From Patescibacteria group bacterium (lineage in GTDB: Bacteria > Patescibacteriota > Patescibacteriia > 2-12-FULL-57-11): 64,000 nucleotides of DNA. The position numbers and the translations under genes are program-made. The notes below the pieces were generated by a model that was not told where the DNA came from, searched no databases, and saw only the letters and a program-made list of their open reading frames with translations. The DNA lies in the NCBI GenBank assembly GCA_004297205.1, contig SCUL01000002.1, positions 786,893 to 850,892 on the forward strand. The letters run 5' to 3'. Shown here piece after piece: positions 27,808-36,944 of this stretch (position 1 is its first letter; each line of letters begins with the position of its first letter).

Positions 27808-27856
27808 AGGATCGCAGCCATTGTAGCCAATGGGGCTCATCAGGTATAGAGGAGGC

Positions 27857-28753
27857 ATGGCCGCGGAACAACTGATCGCCGTCGTCGGCCCCACCGCCTC
27901 CGGAAAGACCGCGCTTGCGGTCCGCTTGGCGCTGGCATTCGACGGCGAACTCGTGTCCGCGGATTCCCGCCAGGTCTACCACGGCATGGACATCGGCACC
28001 GGCAAGGAGCGCGATCCGCTGCCCGGGCCGGACGGCGTTCCAACGCTTCTCGGCGTGCCGCAGCACTTGATCGACCTCGTGGAGTCGGATGAAGCGTTCT
28101 CGCTGGCCGACTGGCAGAAGCGCGCCTTCGCCGTCATCGCAGACGTCCTCGGGCGCGGCAAGCTGCCGATCCTCGTCGGCGGGACCGGGCTTTATGTGAA
28201 AGCCGTGGTCGATGCCCTCGATTTGCCGGACGCGCCGCCGGATCTGGGGCTGCGACGCCGCCTCGAAGGGAAAACGTCGTCCGAGTTGCTCTGGGAGCTG
28301 CGCGACCTTGATCCGGACAAAGCCAAGACCATCGACCGTTTCAACAAGCGGCGGCTGATTCGCGCCATCGAGATCGCCCGGGCCGCCGTGGCGGGGGAGG
28401 AGCATGCCGTCGGCAAGGAGTGGCCGCACTACGACGTGTTGCAGATCGGCATCGACCTGCCGCGGGAGGAGTTGTACCGCCGGATCGATGCCCGCGTTGA
28501 CGAACAGATGGCGCGCGGCCTGGCCGGCGAGGTGGCCGGTCTCGTGAAGCGTTACGGGAAAGAATTGCCGGCGCTCTCCGGCATCGGCTATCAGGAGCTG
28601 GTGGACTCGGCGCCGGACGCGGTGCAGCGCATCAAATTCGACACCCATGCCTACGCCCGCCGCCAGATGACCTGGTTCCGCAAGGACAAGCGCATCCATT
28701 GGGTCGCCGACCAGGAAGAGGCCGTGGCATTGGCCCAAGTATTTTTGGCGTAG
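27857..28753 (+). CDS. miaA: tRNA dimethylallyltransferase
   Basis: GPTASGKT, SADSRQVY.GMDIGTGK, VGGTGLY, RRLIRAIE, IGYQE, YARRQMTWF. Confidence 0.97.
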   Translation: MAAEQLIAVVGPTASGKTALAVRLALAFDGELVSADSRQVYHGMDIGTGKERDPLPGPDGVPTLLGVPQHLIDLVESDEAFSLADWQKRAFAVIADVLGRGKLPILVGGTGLYVKAVVDALDLPDAPPDLGLRRRLEGKTSSELLWELRDLDPDKAKTIDRFNKRRLIRAIEIARAAVAGEEHAVGKEWPHYDVLQIGIDLPREELYRRIDARVDEQMARGLAGEVAGLVKRYGKELPALSGIGYQELVDSAPDAVQRIKFDTHAYARRQMTWFRKDKRIHWVADQEEAVALAQVFLA

Positions 28754-28777
28754 TGGCGCAGCATGCTGCGCCACTAC
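28750..28777. repeat. GTAG-type perfect palindrome overlapping miaA stop
   Basis: GTAGTGGCGCAGCATGCTGCGCCACTAC, 28-bp perfect palindrome; its TAG is the miaA stop. Confidence 0.75.
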
Positions 28778-28837
28778 AAGCTTGACACGCAGGCGCGGCG
28801 CAGGTATCTTGGCACGGCTGTCCACGGAGGAAACGAG

Positions 28838-29239
28838 ATGGCAGAGTCGATCGAGATCGAGAAGGGCCGCACCCCGCGCAACCGCGATCGGACGTCGGTC
28901 CTGCAGCGGAAGGTGGAGCGCAAGGCCGCCCGGGACAAGGTCCTGAGCGACGCGCTGCACAGCCGGATCACCGGCGTGCTCGAGCGGCTCGTCGGCCGCG
29001 GGGACATCAAGTGGTTCGTCGAGCTGGGCAAGCGCCCCGCCGATCCGCGGGTCACGGTCACGTTCCGCATCGGGCGGAAGGGCACGGTGAAGCCGATCGA
29101 GCGCGACTTCGTGGTCGCGACCGACATGCACATGGCGCGCATCGTGCTGATGGAGATCCGCTGCGCGGTGATCTCCGTCCCGCCCGAGATGCGCGACGAG
29201 CGCATCGCCGAGCGCATCCTCGCGCTCTTCAAGAACTGA
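28838..29239 (+). CDS. Hypothetical basic protein
   Basis: TTGACA-17-TATCTT at 28782-28810, GGAGG SD. Confidence 0.7.
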   Translation: MAESIEIEKGRTPRNRDRTSVLQRKVERKAARDKVLSDALHSRITGVLERLVGRGDIKWFVELGKRPADPRVTVTFRIGRKGTVKPIERDFVVATDMHMARIVLMEIRCAVISVPPEMRDERIAERILALFKN

Positions 29240-29329
29240 CCCCGCCGGGGCGGGGTCATCCTGAGCGATCCCGCTGAGCGGGAAAGTCGAAGGATCCAAA
29301 AAGGACCCACGCGGGGTCCTCTCTTTTTT
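29237..29329. repeat. REP-like unit plus terminator
   Basis: TGACCCCGCC-gg-GGCGGGGTCA palindrome, GTCATCCTGAGCG...CGAAGGATC REP-like unit, then AGGACCC..GGGTCCT-T tract. Confidence 0.55.
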
Positions 29330-30875
29330 ATCCGGCCAATTCTTCGGCGAACAGTTTCTCCGTGGTCGTGGGATGGGCGCGGCCCTCGGTGGCTTTCATG
29401 GCCATGCCCACCAGCATTTTCAGCACCTGGGTTTTGCCGGCGCGGTATTGCGCGGCCGCGTCGGGGTTCTTGGCGATGATGTCGCGCACCACGGGGCGCA
29501 GCTCCTCCGGTTCGACGATTTGTCCGAGTCCGCGGTCCTCCATGATGTGGCTGGGATCTTTTCCGGTCTCCAGCATCTCGGCCAGGATGGCCTGTGCGGC
29601 GGTCGAGTTCACCTTCTGCGCCCAGATGAGCGAGAGGAATTCGGCGAAGTCCTCGGGGGAAATCTTCAGTTCGCCCCAGGCCAGGTTGCGTTCGGCCATC
29701 AGTCCGCCGAGCTTCGAGAGCAGCCAGCCGGACAGGAGCTTGGCGAGTTTTTCCTTGTGCTTTTCCCAAACTTCGGCGGCGCTGCCTTCGATTTCCGGCA
29801 GGGAAGAGAGCCAATCACCGAGTTCGGAGGCGACCTGTTCGACGTACGTCGCCAAGTCCGGCTCGGCCGCCATCTGGCGGGCGTCCGCGGGGGCGAATCC
29901 GTATTCGTCCATGAAACGGCGGCGCTTGGCGGCCGGAAGTTCCGGCAGCCCGCCTTCCCGTTTCACGATGTCAGCAAGCAAGAGCGGCGGCAGGTCCGGC
30001 TCCGGGAAGTACCGGTAATCGGCTTCGCCCTCTTTGGTACGCTGCGGCTCGGTCACGCCTTTGGCGTCGTTCCAGCCGCGCGTCTCGCGCAACGCAGGCG
30101 GCGTTCCTTCTTCAAAGAGCTTCGTCTGGCGCTGGATCTCGTACTCGAGCGCGCGCTCCACGGCGCGGAACGAGTTCAGGTTCTTGATTTCGGTCTTCGG
30201 GTTGAGCGTCAGGTCGATGATCGAGCCGTCGTCGTTGCTGCGGCGCAGGGAAATGTTGGCGTCGCAGCGCATGTGGCCGCGCTCCATGTCGGCGTCGGAC
30301 ACCTCGAGCGTGCGCAGGATGGCGCGGAATTCCTGGAGGAAGGCTTTTGCTTCGGCCGGGGAACGCAGGTCCGGCTTGGTAACGGTTTCAAGCAGTGGTG
30401 TGCCGGCGCGGTTGTAGTCCACGAGCGTCGCGCCTGCGGCATCGAGACCCGCGCGGTCGCCGGCGTGTACGTTTTTGGCGGCGTCCTCCTCGAGGTGGGC
30501 TCGTTCAATGCCGATCTCGGCCGAAGCGCGTCCAGCGCCGGCGGGAAAATCAATCGCGAGTTTTCCGTCGCGGCAGATCGGTTCGTCGTATTGCGAAATC
30601 TGATAGCCCTTCGGCAGGTCCGGGTAGAAGTAATGTTTGCGGTCGAACTTGGCCTGGTCGGGAATCGCGCAGCCGAGCGCGAGGCCGGCTTTGACGCCGA
30701 GGCGGACGGCCTGCGCGTTGGCAACAGGCAAGGTGCCCGGATGGCCCATGCAGATCGGACAGATGGCGGTGTTCGGCGCGGCGTCCTCGCCCGGGATCGG
30801 GCAGGCGCAGAACATTTTGCTCTTCGTGGCGAGCTGGACGTGGATTTCCAGTCCGATCACCGGCTCGTAGCGCAT
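29328..30875 (-). CDS. gatB: Asp/Glu-tRNA amidotransferase subunit B
   Basis: IGLEIHVQL, FDRKHYFYPDLPKGYQISQ, HLEEDA, DYNRAGTPL, RCDANIS, DYRYFPEPDL. Confidence 0.98.
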   Translation of the reverse strand: MRYEPVIGLEIHVQLATKSKMFCACPIPGEDAAPNTAICPICMGHPGTLPVANAQAVRLGVKAGLALGCAIPDQAKFDRKHYFYPDLPKGYQISQYDEPICRDGKLAIDFPAGAGRASAEIGIERAHLEEDAAKNVHAGDRAGLDAAGATLVDYNRAGTPLLETVTKPDLRSPAEAKAFLQEFRAILRTLEVSDADMERGHMRCDANISLRRSNDDGSIIDLTLNPKTEIKNLNSFRAVERALEYEIQRQTKLFEEGTPPALRETRGWNDAKGVTEPQRTKEGEADYRYFPEPDLPPLLLADIVKREGGLPELPAAKRRRFMDEYGFAPADARQMAAEPDLATYVEQVASELGDWLSSLPEIEGSAAEVWEKHKEKLAKLLSGWLLSKLGGLMAERNLAWGELKISPEDFAEFLSLIWAQKVNSTAAQAILAEMLETGKDPSHIMEDRGLGQIVEPEELRPVVRDIIAKNPDAAAQYRAGKTQVLKMLVGMAMKATEGRAHPTTTEKLFAEELAG

Positions 30876-30876
30876 A

Positions 30877-31638
30877 TTAGGCGCGCGGACCGGACTCGGC
30901 CTTGAGGTTCAGGTAGAGGAGTGTGGTCACGGCCAGGAAGAACGGCGCCATCAGCGCGCCCACGGCGTCGGTGGCGATGCCGGCCGCGATCGTCAGCCAG
31001 AGCGGGGCATCCGCGGCGAGGCGCACGGTAAAGCTGCCGGCCGCGCCGTTCAGGAGGAAGACCACGAGCGCGGTCAGCACCCAGGTCACGAGCAGCCAGA
31101 AGACGTAGGGCGCGACCAGCCGCCAGAAGACCGGACCGAAGCGGCCGGTGACGAGCGATTTGCTCATCCCGAAGGCGCTGATCCAGCTGGCGCGGTCCAG
31201 GACGATGGCCTGCAGGATGAAGGCGAACCACACGGCCATGATGATCATGGGGACGACCAGCACTACGAGCCCGGCCAGCAACAGGATGCCGAGCGCGAGC
31301 GAGGCCAGGAAGACCGGGATTGCCAGCGGCAGTGCCGCGGCGAGCAGCGCGCCCAGCGGCGGCACCGGTTCTCCGGTGATCCCCGCAGCCACGGCGCGCG
31401 TCAGCGCGATCGTCTGGAGGATGGAAAGCACGACGAGCGGCAGGTAGACGGCAGCCGCGAGGACCATTTCATGCCACTGACCGAGACCGAGGTTTTGCCC
31501 GCGCAACATCTCAAAGGCCACGGTTCCGGCGATCGAGGGCACCAGGAAAATGCCGACGATCGGCAAAAAACGTCCGAGGTTGCGGCGGACGACTTCCCAG
31601 GAGCGGTCGATGATGTCTGCAGCGCCGAGCAAGGCCAT
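30877..31638 (-). CDS. Hypothetical polytopic membrane protein
   Basis: About six TM helices; SKSLVTGRFG and LLYLNLK pattern; tightly coupled to tmk and gatB. Confidence 0.8.
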   Translation of the reverse strand: MALLGAADIIDRSWEVVRRNLGRFLPIVGIFLVPSIAGTVAFEMLRGQNLGLGQWHEMVLAAAVYLPLVVLSILQTIALTRAVAAGITGEPVPPLGALLAAALPLAIPVFLASLALGILLLAGLVVLVVPMIIMAVWFAFILQAIVLDRASWISAFGMSKSLVTGRFGPVFWRLVAPYVFWLLVTWVLTALVVFLLNGAAGSFTVRLAADAPLWLTIAAGIATDAVGALMAPFFLAVTTLLYLNLKAESGPRA

Positions 31639-31641
31639 AGG

Positions 31642-32358
31642 TTATGTCAGAAACGATGTCACGAGTGCCACGGAAGCGGCGCGCACCGCCGCCATGTCCG
31701 GTTCGGTGGAAAGCTCCGCAATGCGCGTGCCCCCGGCCGTAAAGACTTCCCGGAACCAGGCGGCGGCATAGCGTTCGGCCAGGGCCTCCAAATCGGCCCG
31801 CCGTTCAAAGCGCGAATCGTCATGTTTGCCGGCGCGCGCGGCCAGCCGGGAGAGCGCCGTATCCACGGACAGTGTAGCAAGGACGAGCAGGTCCGGGGAG
31901 TGCTCGAGCGCAAGCGCATTTCCGGGGATCGCCAGCACCTCTTCCAGGGAAACGTCCTCGCGGCCCGCTTGGTAGGCGATGGAGGAAGAGACGCCGCGGT
32001 CTTGGATCACGATCTTGCCGGCAGCGCGGGACGGGAGGACCACTTTCCGGTAATGGATTTCCCGGTCGAGCCCGAAGGCCTGGGCCGTGCTGCGGTTGCT
32101 GAAGGCGCTGTCGGTGCGGATGATCTCGGCGCGGATCGCTTTGCCGACCCAGACCGTGGACGGCTCGGCGGTGCAGACCACGTCGGCCGCGGCGATCTCC
32201 TCGGATGTCGGGTAGTCGCCGCGTTCCCGCCAGATGGACGGCACGTCGAGGACGCGCTTGCCGCCCGCGCTGAAAAAATCGCGCAGGGCGTCGCGGATCG
32301 TGCTTTTGCCCGAGCCGTCGATGCCGTCGATGATGACGTGGAATCCTTTAGCCGGCAT
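31642..32358 (-). CDS. tmk: Thymidylate kinase
   Basis: IDGIDGSGKST P-loop, AEP, QDRGVSSSIAYQ, PDL, SRFE. Confidence 0.85.
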   Translation of the reverse strand: MPAKGFHVIIDGIDGSGKSTIRDALRDFFSAGGKRVLDVPSIWRERGDYPTSEEIAAADVVCTAEPSTVWVGKAIRAEIIRTDSAFSNRSTAQAFGLDREIHYRKVVLPSRAAGKIVIQDRGVSSSIAYQAGREDVSLEEVLAIPGNALALEHSPDLLVLATLSVDTALSRLAARAGKHDDSRFERRADLEALAERYAAAWFREVFTAGGTRIAELSTEPDMAAVRAASVALVTSFLT

Positions 32359-32782
32359 AGCCTCCGGTGGTGCCGAATCCGCCGCGACTCGCGCCGTCCA
32401 TGCGGTCGACTTCATCCCATTCGGCGCGGCCGATGGCCACGAAGATGGCTTGGCCGACGCGCTCCCCGCGTTCGACCGTGGTCGGTGCGGGCGTGAAATT
32501 CACGACTTGCAGTTTCAGTTCGTCCTCCGGGCCACAGTAATCCTGGTCGATGATGCCGAGCGGCAGGATCAATCCTTTCTTGCGCGCCGCGGAGGAACGT
32601 GAGGAGAGCAGCAGCGCGTAGCCTTCCGGGATTTTGACGACGACGTTCACGGGCAGGAGCGCAAAGGAGTGCGGCGCGATCGTGGTCGTCTCCCGCGTCA
32701 CCAAATCAAACGCCACGGCGCCCGCGGTTTCGTAGCGGGGGAGCGGCAGCGTCTTATCGATCCTTGAGACTCGGACCTGCAT
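32348..32782 (-). CDS. dut: dUTP diphosphatase
   Basis: AVAFDL, RSS, GIIDQDYCG, GERVGQ, RGGFGTTG. Confidence 0.93.
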   Translation of the reverse strand: MQVRVSRIDKTLPLPRYETAGAVAFDLVTRETTTIAPHSFALLPVNVVVKIPEGYALLLSSRSSAARKKGLILPLGIIDQDYCGPEDELKLQVVNFTPAPTTVERGERVGQAIFVAIGRAEWDEVDRMDGASRGGFGTTGGYAG

Positions 32783-33332
32783 ACCCGAACGCGGCCACCG
32801 CTTTCTCCACCTGGGCGTGCAGTTCCTCGAACGTGCCGTTGTTATCGACGGTGATCTCGGCTTCGCGGGCCACCTCGGCGATGGAGGTCTCGGTCGGCGC
32901 CTGTTCTTCCGTCATGAACTGCTCGAACGTCATGTCGGCCTCGCCGACTTTTTCGGCGCGCTTCACGGAGCGTTCCCAGCGCAGCTTGGCGTCGGCGGTC
33001 ACGTAGAGCAGGTGGAAACCGGAGATTTTGCGGAGCTCTTCGATGTCGGCGACGCGCCGGATGCCGTCGACGACGACGAGCGGCGACGTGTCCTTGGCCA
33101 CGTCCTCCGCCATGACGCGCGCGAACAGCGGTTCGCCGAAGGCGGCGCGCAGGTTCACGGAAATCTTGATGTAGTTCTCGCGCGTCAGCGGGATGTGGAG
33201 ACGCGTCAGCACGTCTTTGAGGATGCCGCCGAAGGAGTAGCAGCGCGCGCCGTGTTTCTCGATGAGGTGCTTGGCGATGGTGCCTTTGCCGCCGGCTTTT
33301 TCGCCGACGAGTCCGAGGATGAGGGTGGGCAT
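32754..33332 (-). CDS. P-loop nucleotide kinase (archaeal dephospho-CoA kinase/UPF0200-like)
   Basis: GLVGEKAGGKGT, VVDGIR, LRWER, VDNNGT. Confidence 0.8.
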   Translation of the reverse strand: MPTLILGLVGEKAGGKGTIAKHLIEKHGARCYSFGGILKDVLTRLHIPLTRENYIKISVNLRAAFGEPLFARVMAEDVAKDTSPLVVVDGIRRVADIEELRKISGFHLLYVTADAKLRWERSVKRAEKVGEADMTFEQFMTEEQAPTETSIAEVAREAEITVDNNGTFEELHAQVEKAVAAFGYAGPSLKDR

Positions 33333-33333
33333 G

Positions 33334-33804
33334 TCAGGGTGTTTGGGGATGTTGGCGGAGAAGGACGCCCGCTTCGCGCATCAGTCCGCTGGCCGTCGCG
33401 GCCAGCGGGTATTCAGCCGTGTAGATGACTTCTTTGATGCCGGCGTTGATGATCATCTTCGCGCACAGCAGGCAGGGGGAGAAGGTGGAGTAGAGCACCG
33501 CGTCTTTGAGCGAGATGCCGTGGTAGGCGGCCTGGACGATGGCGTTCTCCTCGCCGTGCGAGCAGGTGCACTCCTCGAGTTTCGTCCCCGCCGACGCGTC
33601 GGTCCGCACCGCGCAGCGCGGGCAGCCGCCCTCGAAGCAGTTCTTGGTGTTGCGCGGCGTGCCGTTGTAGCCGGTCGAGATGATCCGCCGGTCGCGGACG
33701 ACAATGGCGGCCACCTGCCGCGTCAGGCAGTTGCTGCGGCGCGCCACTTCGCCCGCGATGTTCATGAAATAGTCGTCCCAGCCGGGACGCGCCGCATGGT
33801 CCAT
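33334..33804 (-). CDS. dCMP deaminase (ComEB-like)
   Basis: WDDYFM, RSNCL, STGYNG, HGEENA, SPCLLCAK zinc motifs. Confidence 0.93.
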   Translation of the reverse strand: MDHAARPGWDDYFMNIAGEVARRSNCLTRQVAAIVVRDRRIISTGYNGTPRNTKNCFEGGCPRCAVRTDASAGTKLEECTCSHGEENAIVQAAYHGISLKDAVLYSTFSPCLLCAKMIINAGIKEVIYTAEYPLAATASGLMREAGVLLRQHPQTP

Positions 33805-33832
33805 AGGTCCGAAATATCGTCCGCACCGTACC

Positions 33833-33864
33833 AAAAACCCGCCGGATGCGTCCAGCGGGTTTTT
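33833..33864. terminator. Terminator after rplA
   Basis: AAAAACCCGC..GCGGGTTTTT. Confidence 0.75.
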
Positions 33865-33870
33865 GCTTGA

Positions 33871-34554
33871 TTATGCGTAGGAGACTTTGATGCCCGGGCC
33901 CATCGTCGCGGCCGCCACCACCAGGAGGAGGTAGACGCCTTTGCTCGAGGGGGGCTTGAGGCGCTTCAGCGCTTCGATCGCGGCGCCGGCGTTCTCCAGG
34001 AGCTGCGCTTCGGAGAACGAGGCCTTGCCGATCGCGAAGTGGACGTTGCCGCCGTCGTCCGTCTTGAAGGCGAGTTTCCCCTTCTTGAGTTCGCCGACCA
34101 TTTTCTTGACGTCGGTGCCGACCGTTTCGGTTTTGGGGTTCGGCATGAGTCCCTTCGGACCGAGAATCTTCGCCACCTTGGCGAGCTTCGGCATCATGTC
34201 GGGCGTGGCCACGGCGATGTCGAAGTCGATTTTTCCGGTCTTGGCGATCTCGTCGATCAGCTCTTCGCCGCCGACGACGTCCGCGCCCGCTTCCTTGGCT
34301 TCCTTTTCTTTGGCGGACGAGACGATGGCCATGACCTTTTTGGACTTGCCGCCCGTGCCGTGCGGCAGGGACAGCGTGCCGCGGACCTGCTGCTCGCCCT
34401 TCTTGGGGTCGATGCCGAGGCGCACGTGCAGCTCGATCGTGGCGTCGAACTTGGTGTTGGCCGTCTTTTTGACGAGCGCGAAGGCCTCTTCTGGGGAGTA
34501 GGTTTTCTTTGGATCGATGAGCTTCTTGGCCTCCTGATAGCGCTTGCTGCGCAT
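33871..34554 (-). CDS. rplA: 50S ribosomal protein L1
   Basis: KFDATIE, LGIDP, QVRG..LPHG, LGPKGLMPNPK, TMGPGIK. Confidence 0.97.
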   Translation of the reverse strand: MRSKRYQEAKKLIDPKKTYSPEEAFALVKKTANTKFDATIELHVRLGIDPKKGEQQVRGTLSLPHGTGGKSKKVMAIVSSAKEKEAKEAGADVVGGEELIDEIAKTGKIDFDIAVATPDMMPKLAKVAKILGPKGLMPNPKTETVGTDVKKMVGELKKGKLAFKTDDGGNVHFAIGKASFSEAQLLENAGAAIEALKRLKPPSSKGVYLLLVVAAATMGPGIKVSYA

Positions 34555-34568
34555 AGTCTTGCTGTTAC

Positions 34569-34597
34569 GTGGTTCAAGTGGCCCTGAGGCCTCCCAC
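34569..34597 (-). promoter_or_regulatory. L1-binding autoregulatory mRNA leader
   Basis: Minus strand GTGGGAGGCCTCAGGGCCACTTGAACCAC matches the GTGGGAG-stem-ACCAC L1 operator seen upstream of rplA in many bacteria. Confidence 0.7.
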
Positions 34598-34613
34598 ATG
34601 TGAATACGGCGGG

Positions 34614-34666
34614 ACTCTACCGGGGGGAACCGGAAAAGGCAAGACCCCCGCACTGGCGGGGGTCTT
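34614..34666 (-). promoter_or_regulatory. Terminator of upstream gene plus dedicated rplA promoter
   Basis: AAGACCCCCGC..GCGGGGGTCTT hairpin (34641-34666); minus-strand TTGCCT-17-TAGAGT (34642-34614). Confidence 0.55.
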
Positions 34667-34675
34667 GGCGGTTCG

Positions 34676-35563
34676 TCACTGCGGCACCGAGACGGTGCGG
34701 GTGGCGATTTCGGTGCGCGGCCGCTCGCAGAATGGCACCGTGCCGCTGCCGCGATAGACCTTGTATTCGAGCATCGTCGGATCCGTCCAGCGGATTCTGA
34801 CGGATTCGGGCGGTCCGATTTCCGGTACGCATTCGGTCAGGCTTTCCCCGGCCGGCAGCCGGACGGCGACCGTCTGCTTGTCGTTCACGAAGTCGTAGAC
34901 CCACAGCTCGCGTTGCTCCTCGCCGGACGGACCGGTGTACCACATGCGACGTTGGTTCGGGGACAACAGGCTGCCCGCGATGTAGTGGTCGGGCGGGTTG
35001 ATGAGCGGGATGAAGGCGCGCAGCGCGGGGTCGAAGGCGATCGGCTGCGTCGCACCGGGCGCATCACAGCCGCCGGCGCAGCCGAAGGCGAAGATGGTGC
35101 GGGTGCTGCCGCTCGGCCGCGCCACGATGACGAGGGCGGAGTCCCCCGCCTTGAGCGCTGGGAGCAGGTCCGAGGCGTGTTCCACGAGCGTGAGATCGCC
35201 GGACTCCGACCGCCAGATCACTTTCTGGTCGACGATGACGACGTTGTCGGCGTCCATGGCGTTCACGAGTTCCACCTGGCCGCCCACAGGCAGGCCCGGT
35301 TCTTCGGCCGGTTCTTCCGCAGGCGTATTGGTATTCGCATTGGCGTTGCCGCCCGCGGCCGGAGCGTTCGCGTTGCTGTTTGCAGACGGGGCGCGTCCCA
35401 GGAGCTTCTTGCCCTGCGGGGAAGCGAGCAGGATGACGACCGTGCCGGCGAACAACACGAGCATCACGCCGAGCGCGATGAGGTAGCCGGTGCTGCCGTC
35501 CTGCTTTTTGGACGGGGCGGGGACGGACAGGTCTTCGGGCGCGGATTTTTTCTTCGGGGGCAT
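34676..35563 (-). CDS. Hypothetical single-pass membrane protein with extracellular beta domain, between rplK and rplA
   Basis: MPPKKK, one TM, NANA low-complexity linker, Cys pairs, propeller-like LSPNQRRMWY; TGGTATACT upstream. Confidence 0.8.
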   Translation of the reverse strand: MPPKKKSAPEDLSVPAPSKKQDGSTGYLIALGVMLVLFAGTVVILLASPQGKKLLGRAPSANSNANAPAAGGNANANTNTPAEEPAEEPGLPVGGQVELVNAMDADNVVIVDQKVIWRSESGDLTLVEHASDLLPALKAGDSALVIVARPSGSTRTIFAFGCAGGCDAPGATQPIAFDPALRAFIPLINPPDHYIAGSLLSPNQRRMWYTGPSGEEQRELWVYDFVNDKQTVAVRLPAGESLTECVPEIGPPESVRIRWTDPTMLEYKVYRGSGTVPFCERPRTEIATRTVSVPQ

Positions 35564-35622
35564 AGGTGCGGCGATGGTAAAAGAAAAGACGAGTGGAGTA
35601 TACCACACGTCTTTTCCCTCGT

Positions 35623-36048
35623 TTACTCCTTGACCTCGAGACCCATCTGGCGGGCCGTGCCGGCGACGGTGCGGGCGGCGGCGGCCAGATCGTCGGTGTT
35701 CAGGTCCGGGAGCTTCTTCTGCGCGATCTCGCGCACCTGGGCCATCGTGACCTTGCCGACCTTGTCGGTGTGGGGTTTGCCCGAGCCCTTCTGGATGCCG
35801 GCGGCCTTTTTGAGGAGTTCGGCGGCGGGCGGGGTTTTGGTGACGAAGGTGTAGGTGCGGTCCTCGTAGACCGTGATCACGACCGGCGTCACTTCGCCCA
35901 TGCGGTCCTTCGTCGCGGCGTTGAACTTCTGGCAGAATTCCGAGATGTTTAAGCCGTGCTGCCCCAAGGCAGGACCGACCGGCGGCGCGGGGTTTGCCTG
36001 CCCGCCCGGAATCTGGAGTTTGATGAGTGTTTTGACCTTCTTAGCCAT
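35623..36048 (-). CDS. rplK: 50S ribosomal protein L11
   Basis: [26 protein letters not shown]. Confidence 0.98.
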   Translation of the reverse strand: MAKKVKTLIKLQIPGGQANPAPPVGPALGQHGLNISEFCQKFNAATKDRMGEVTPVVITVYEDRTYTFVTKTPPAAELLKKAAGIQKGSGKPHTDKVGKVTMAQVREIAQKKLPDLNTDDLAAAARTVAGTARQMGLEVKE

Positions 36049-36065
36049 AGCAACCGGTTCTTACC

Positions 36066-36611
36066 TTAAATCTTCTTGACCTGCAAGAAGTCCAGCTCCA
36101 CGGGGGTTTCGCGGCCGAACATCGACACCAGCACTTTGACCTTGCCGCGGGCCTCGTCGATGTCGTTGACCTTGCCTTCGAAGTTCTTGAAGGGGCCGTC
36201 GTTGATGCGGACCGGGTCGCCCACGGAGATGTCGATCTTGTACTGCGGCTCGTCCACGCCCATGCGTTTCTGGAGCGACTTGATTTCGGCCTCGTCGATC
36301 GGCGTCGGGGTGGTGCCGGTGCCGATGAAGCCGGTCACGTTCGGCGTGTTGCGCACCACGTACCAGGAGTCGTCCTCGACGACCATCTCCACGAGCACGT
36401 AGCCCGGGAAGATTTTCTCTTCGATCACCTTGCGTTTCCCGTTCTTGATCTTGATTTTCTTTTCCTTGGGCACCAGCACGTTGAAGATCTTGTGCTGCAT
36501 GTCCATCGACTCGATGCGGGTGCGCAGGTTCTGCGACACGTTCTCCTCGTAGCCGGAGTAGGTATGGATGGCGTACCAGCGCCGGCCGTGCTTGATGACT
36601 TGTTTGGGCAT
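36066..36611 (-). CDS. nusG: Transcription factor NusG
   Basis: WYAIHTYSGYE, FPGYVLV, TPNVTGF, KOW, FGRETPVEL. Confidence 0.98.
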   Translation of the reverse strand: MPKQVIKHGRRWYAIHTYSGYEENVSQNLRTRIESMDMQHKIFNVLVPKEKKIKIKNGKRKVIEEKIFPGYVLVEMVVEDDSWYVVRNTPNVTGFIGTGTTPTPIDEAEIKSLQKRMGVDEPQYKIDISVGDPVRINDGPFKNFEGKVNDIDEARGKVKVLVSMFGRETPVELDFLQVKKI

Positions 36612-36615
36612 AGCG

Positions 36616-36822
36616 CTACGCGGCGACGAGCGAGAGCAGCGCGCCGAGTCCGAGGTTGAGGAGGCTGTCGACGCCCGCGAAAATCGCGGCCACGCCGGCC
36701 GTCACGCCCACCACGATGAGGGTGTGGGTCATGACGTCCTTGCGGCTCGGCCAGGTTACCTTGCGCAGCTCGGCGATCGAGCTCGTGACGTACGCGCCCA
36801 CCGGATTCTGGGCCAGATTCAT
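36616..36822 (-). CDS. secE: Preprotein translocase SecE
   Basis: ELRKVTWPSR plus single TM; upstream of nusG. Confidence 0.95.
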   Translation of the reverse strand: MNLAQNPVGAYVTSSIAELRKVTWPSRKDVMTHTLIVVGVTAGVAAIFAGVDSLLNLGLGALLSLVAA

Positions 36823-36944
36823 ACCGTCTTTTCTAAAATAAACCCCCGGGCGGGGGATCGACAGGGAGCATACCACGGCATTTGCGGGTTGACAAGACCG
36901 CCTCGCCGGGCTATTTTCGTTGCGCCCTGCGAAGGAGGGAACAC

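Noticed and set aside
36823-36900. tRNA-Trp or rpmG expected upstream of secE
   Set aside because: Only a -10 element and a short hairpin are present.
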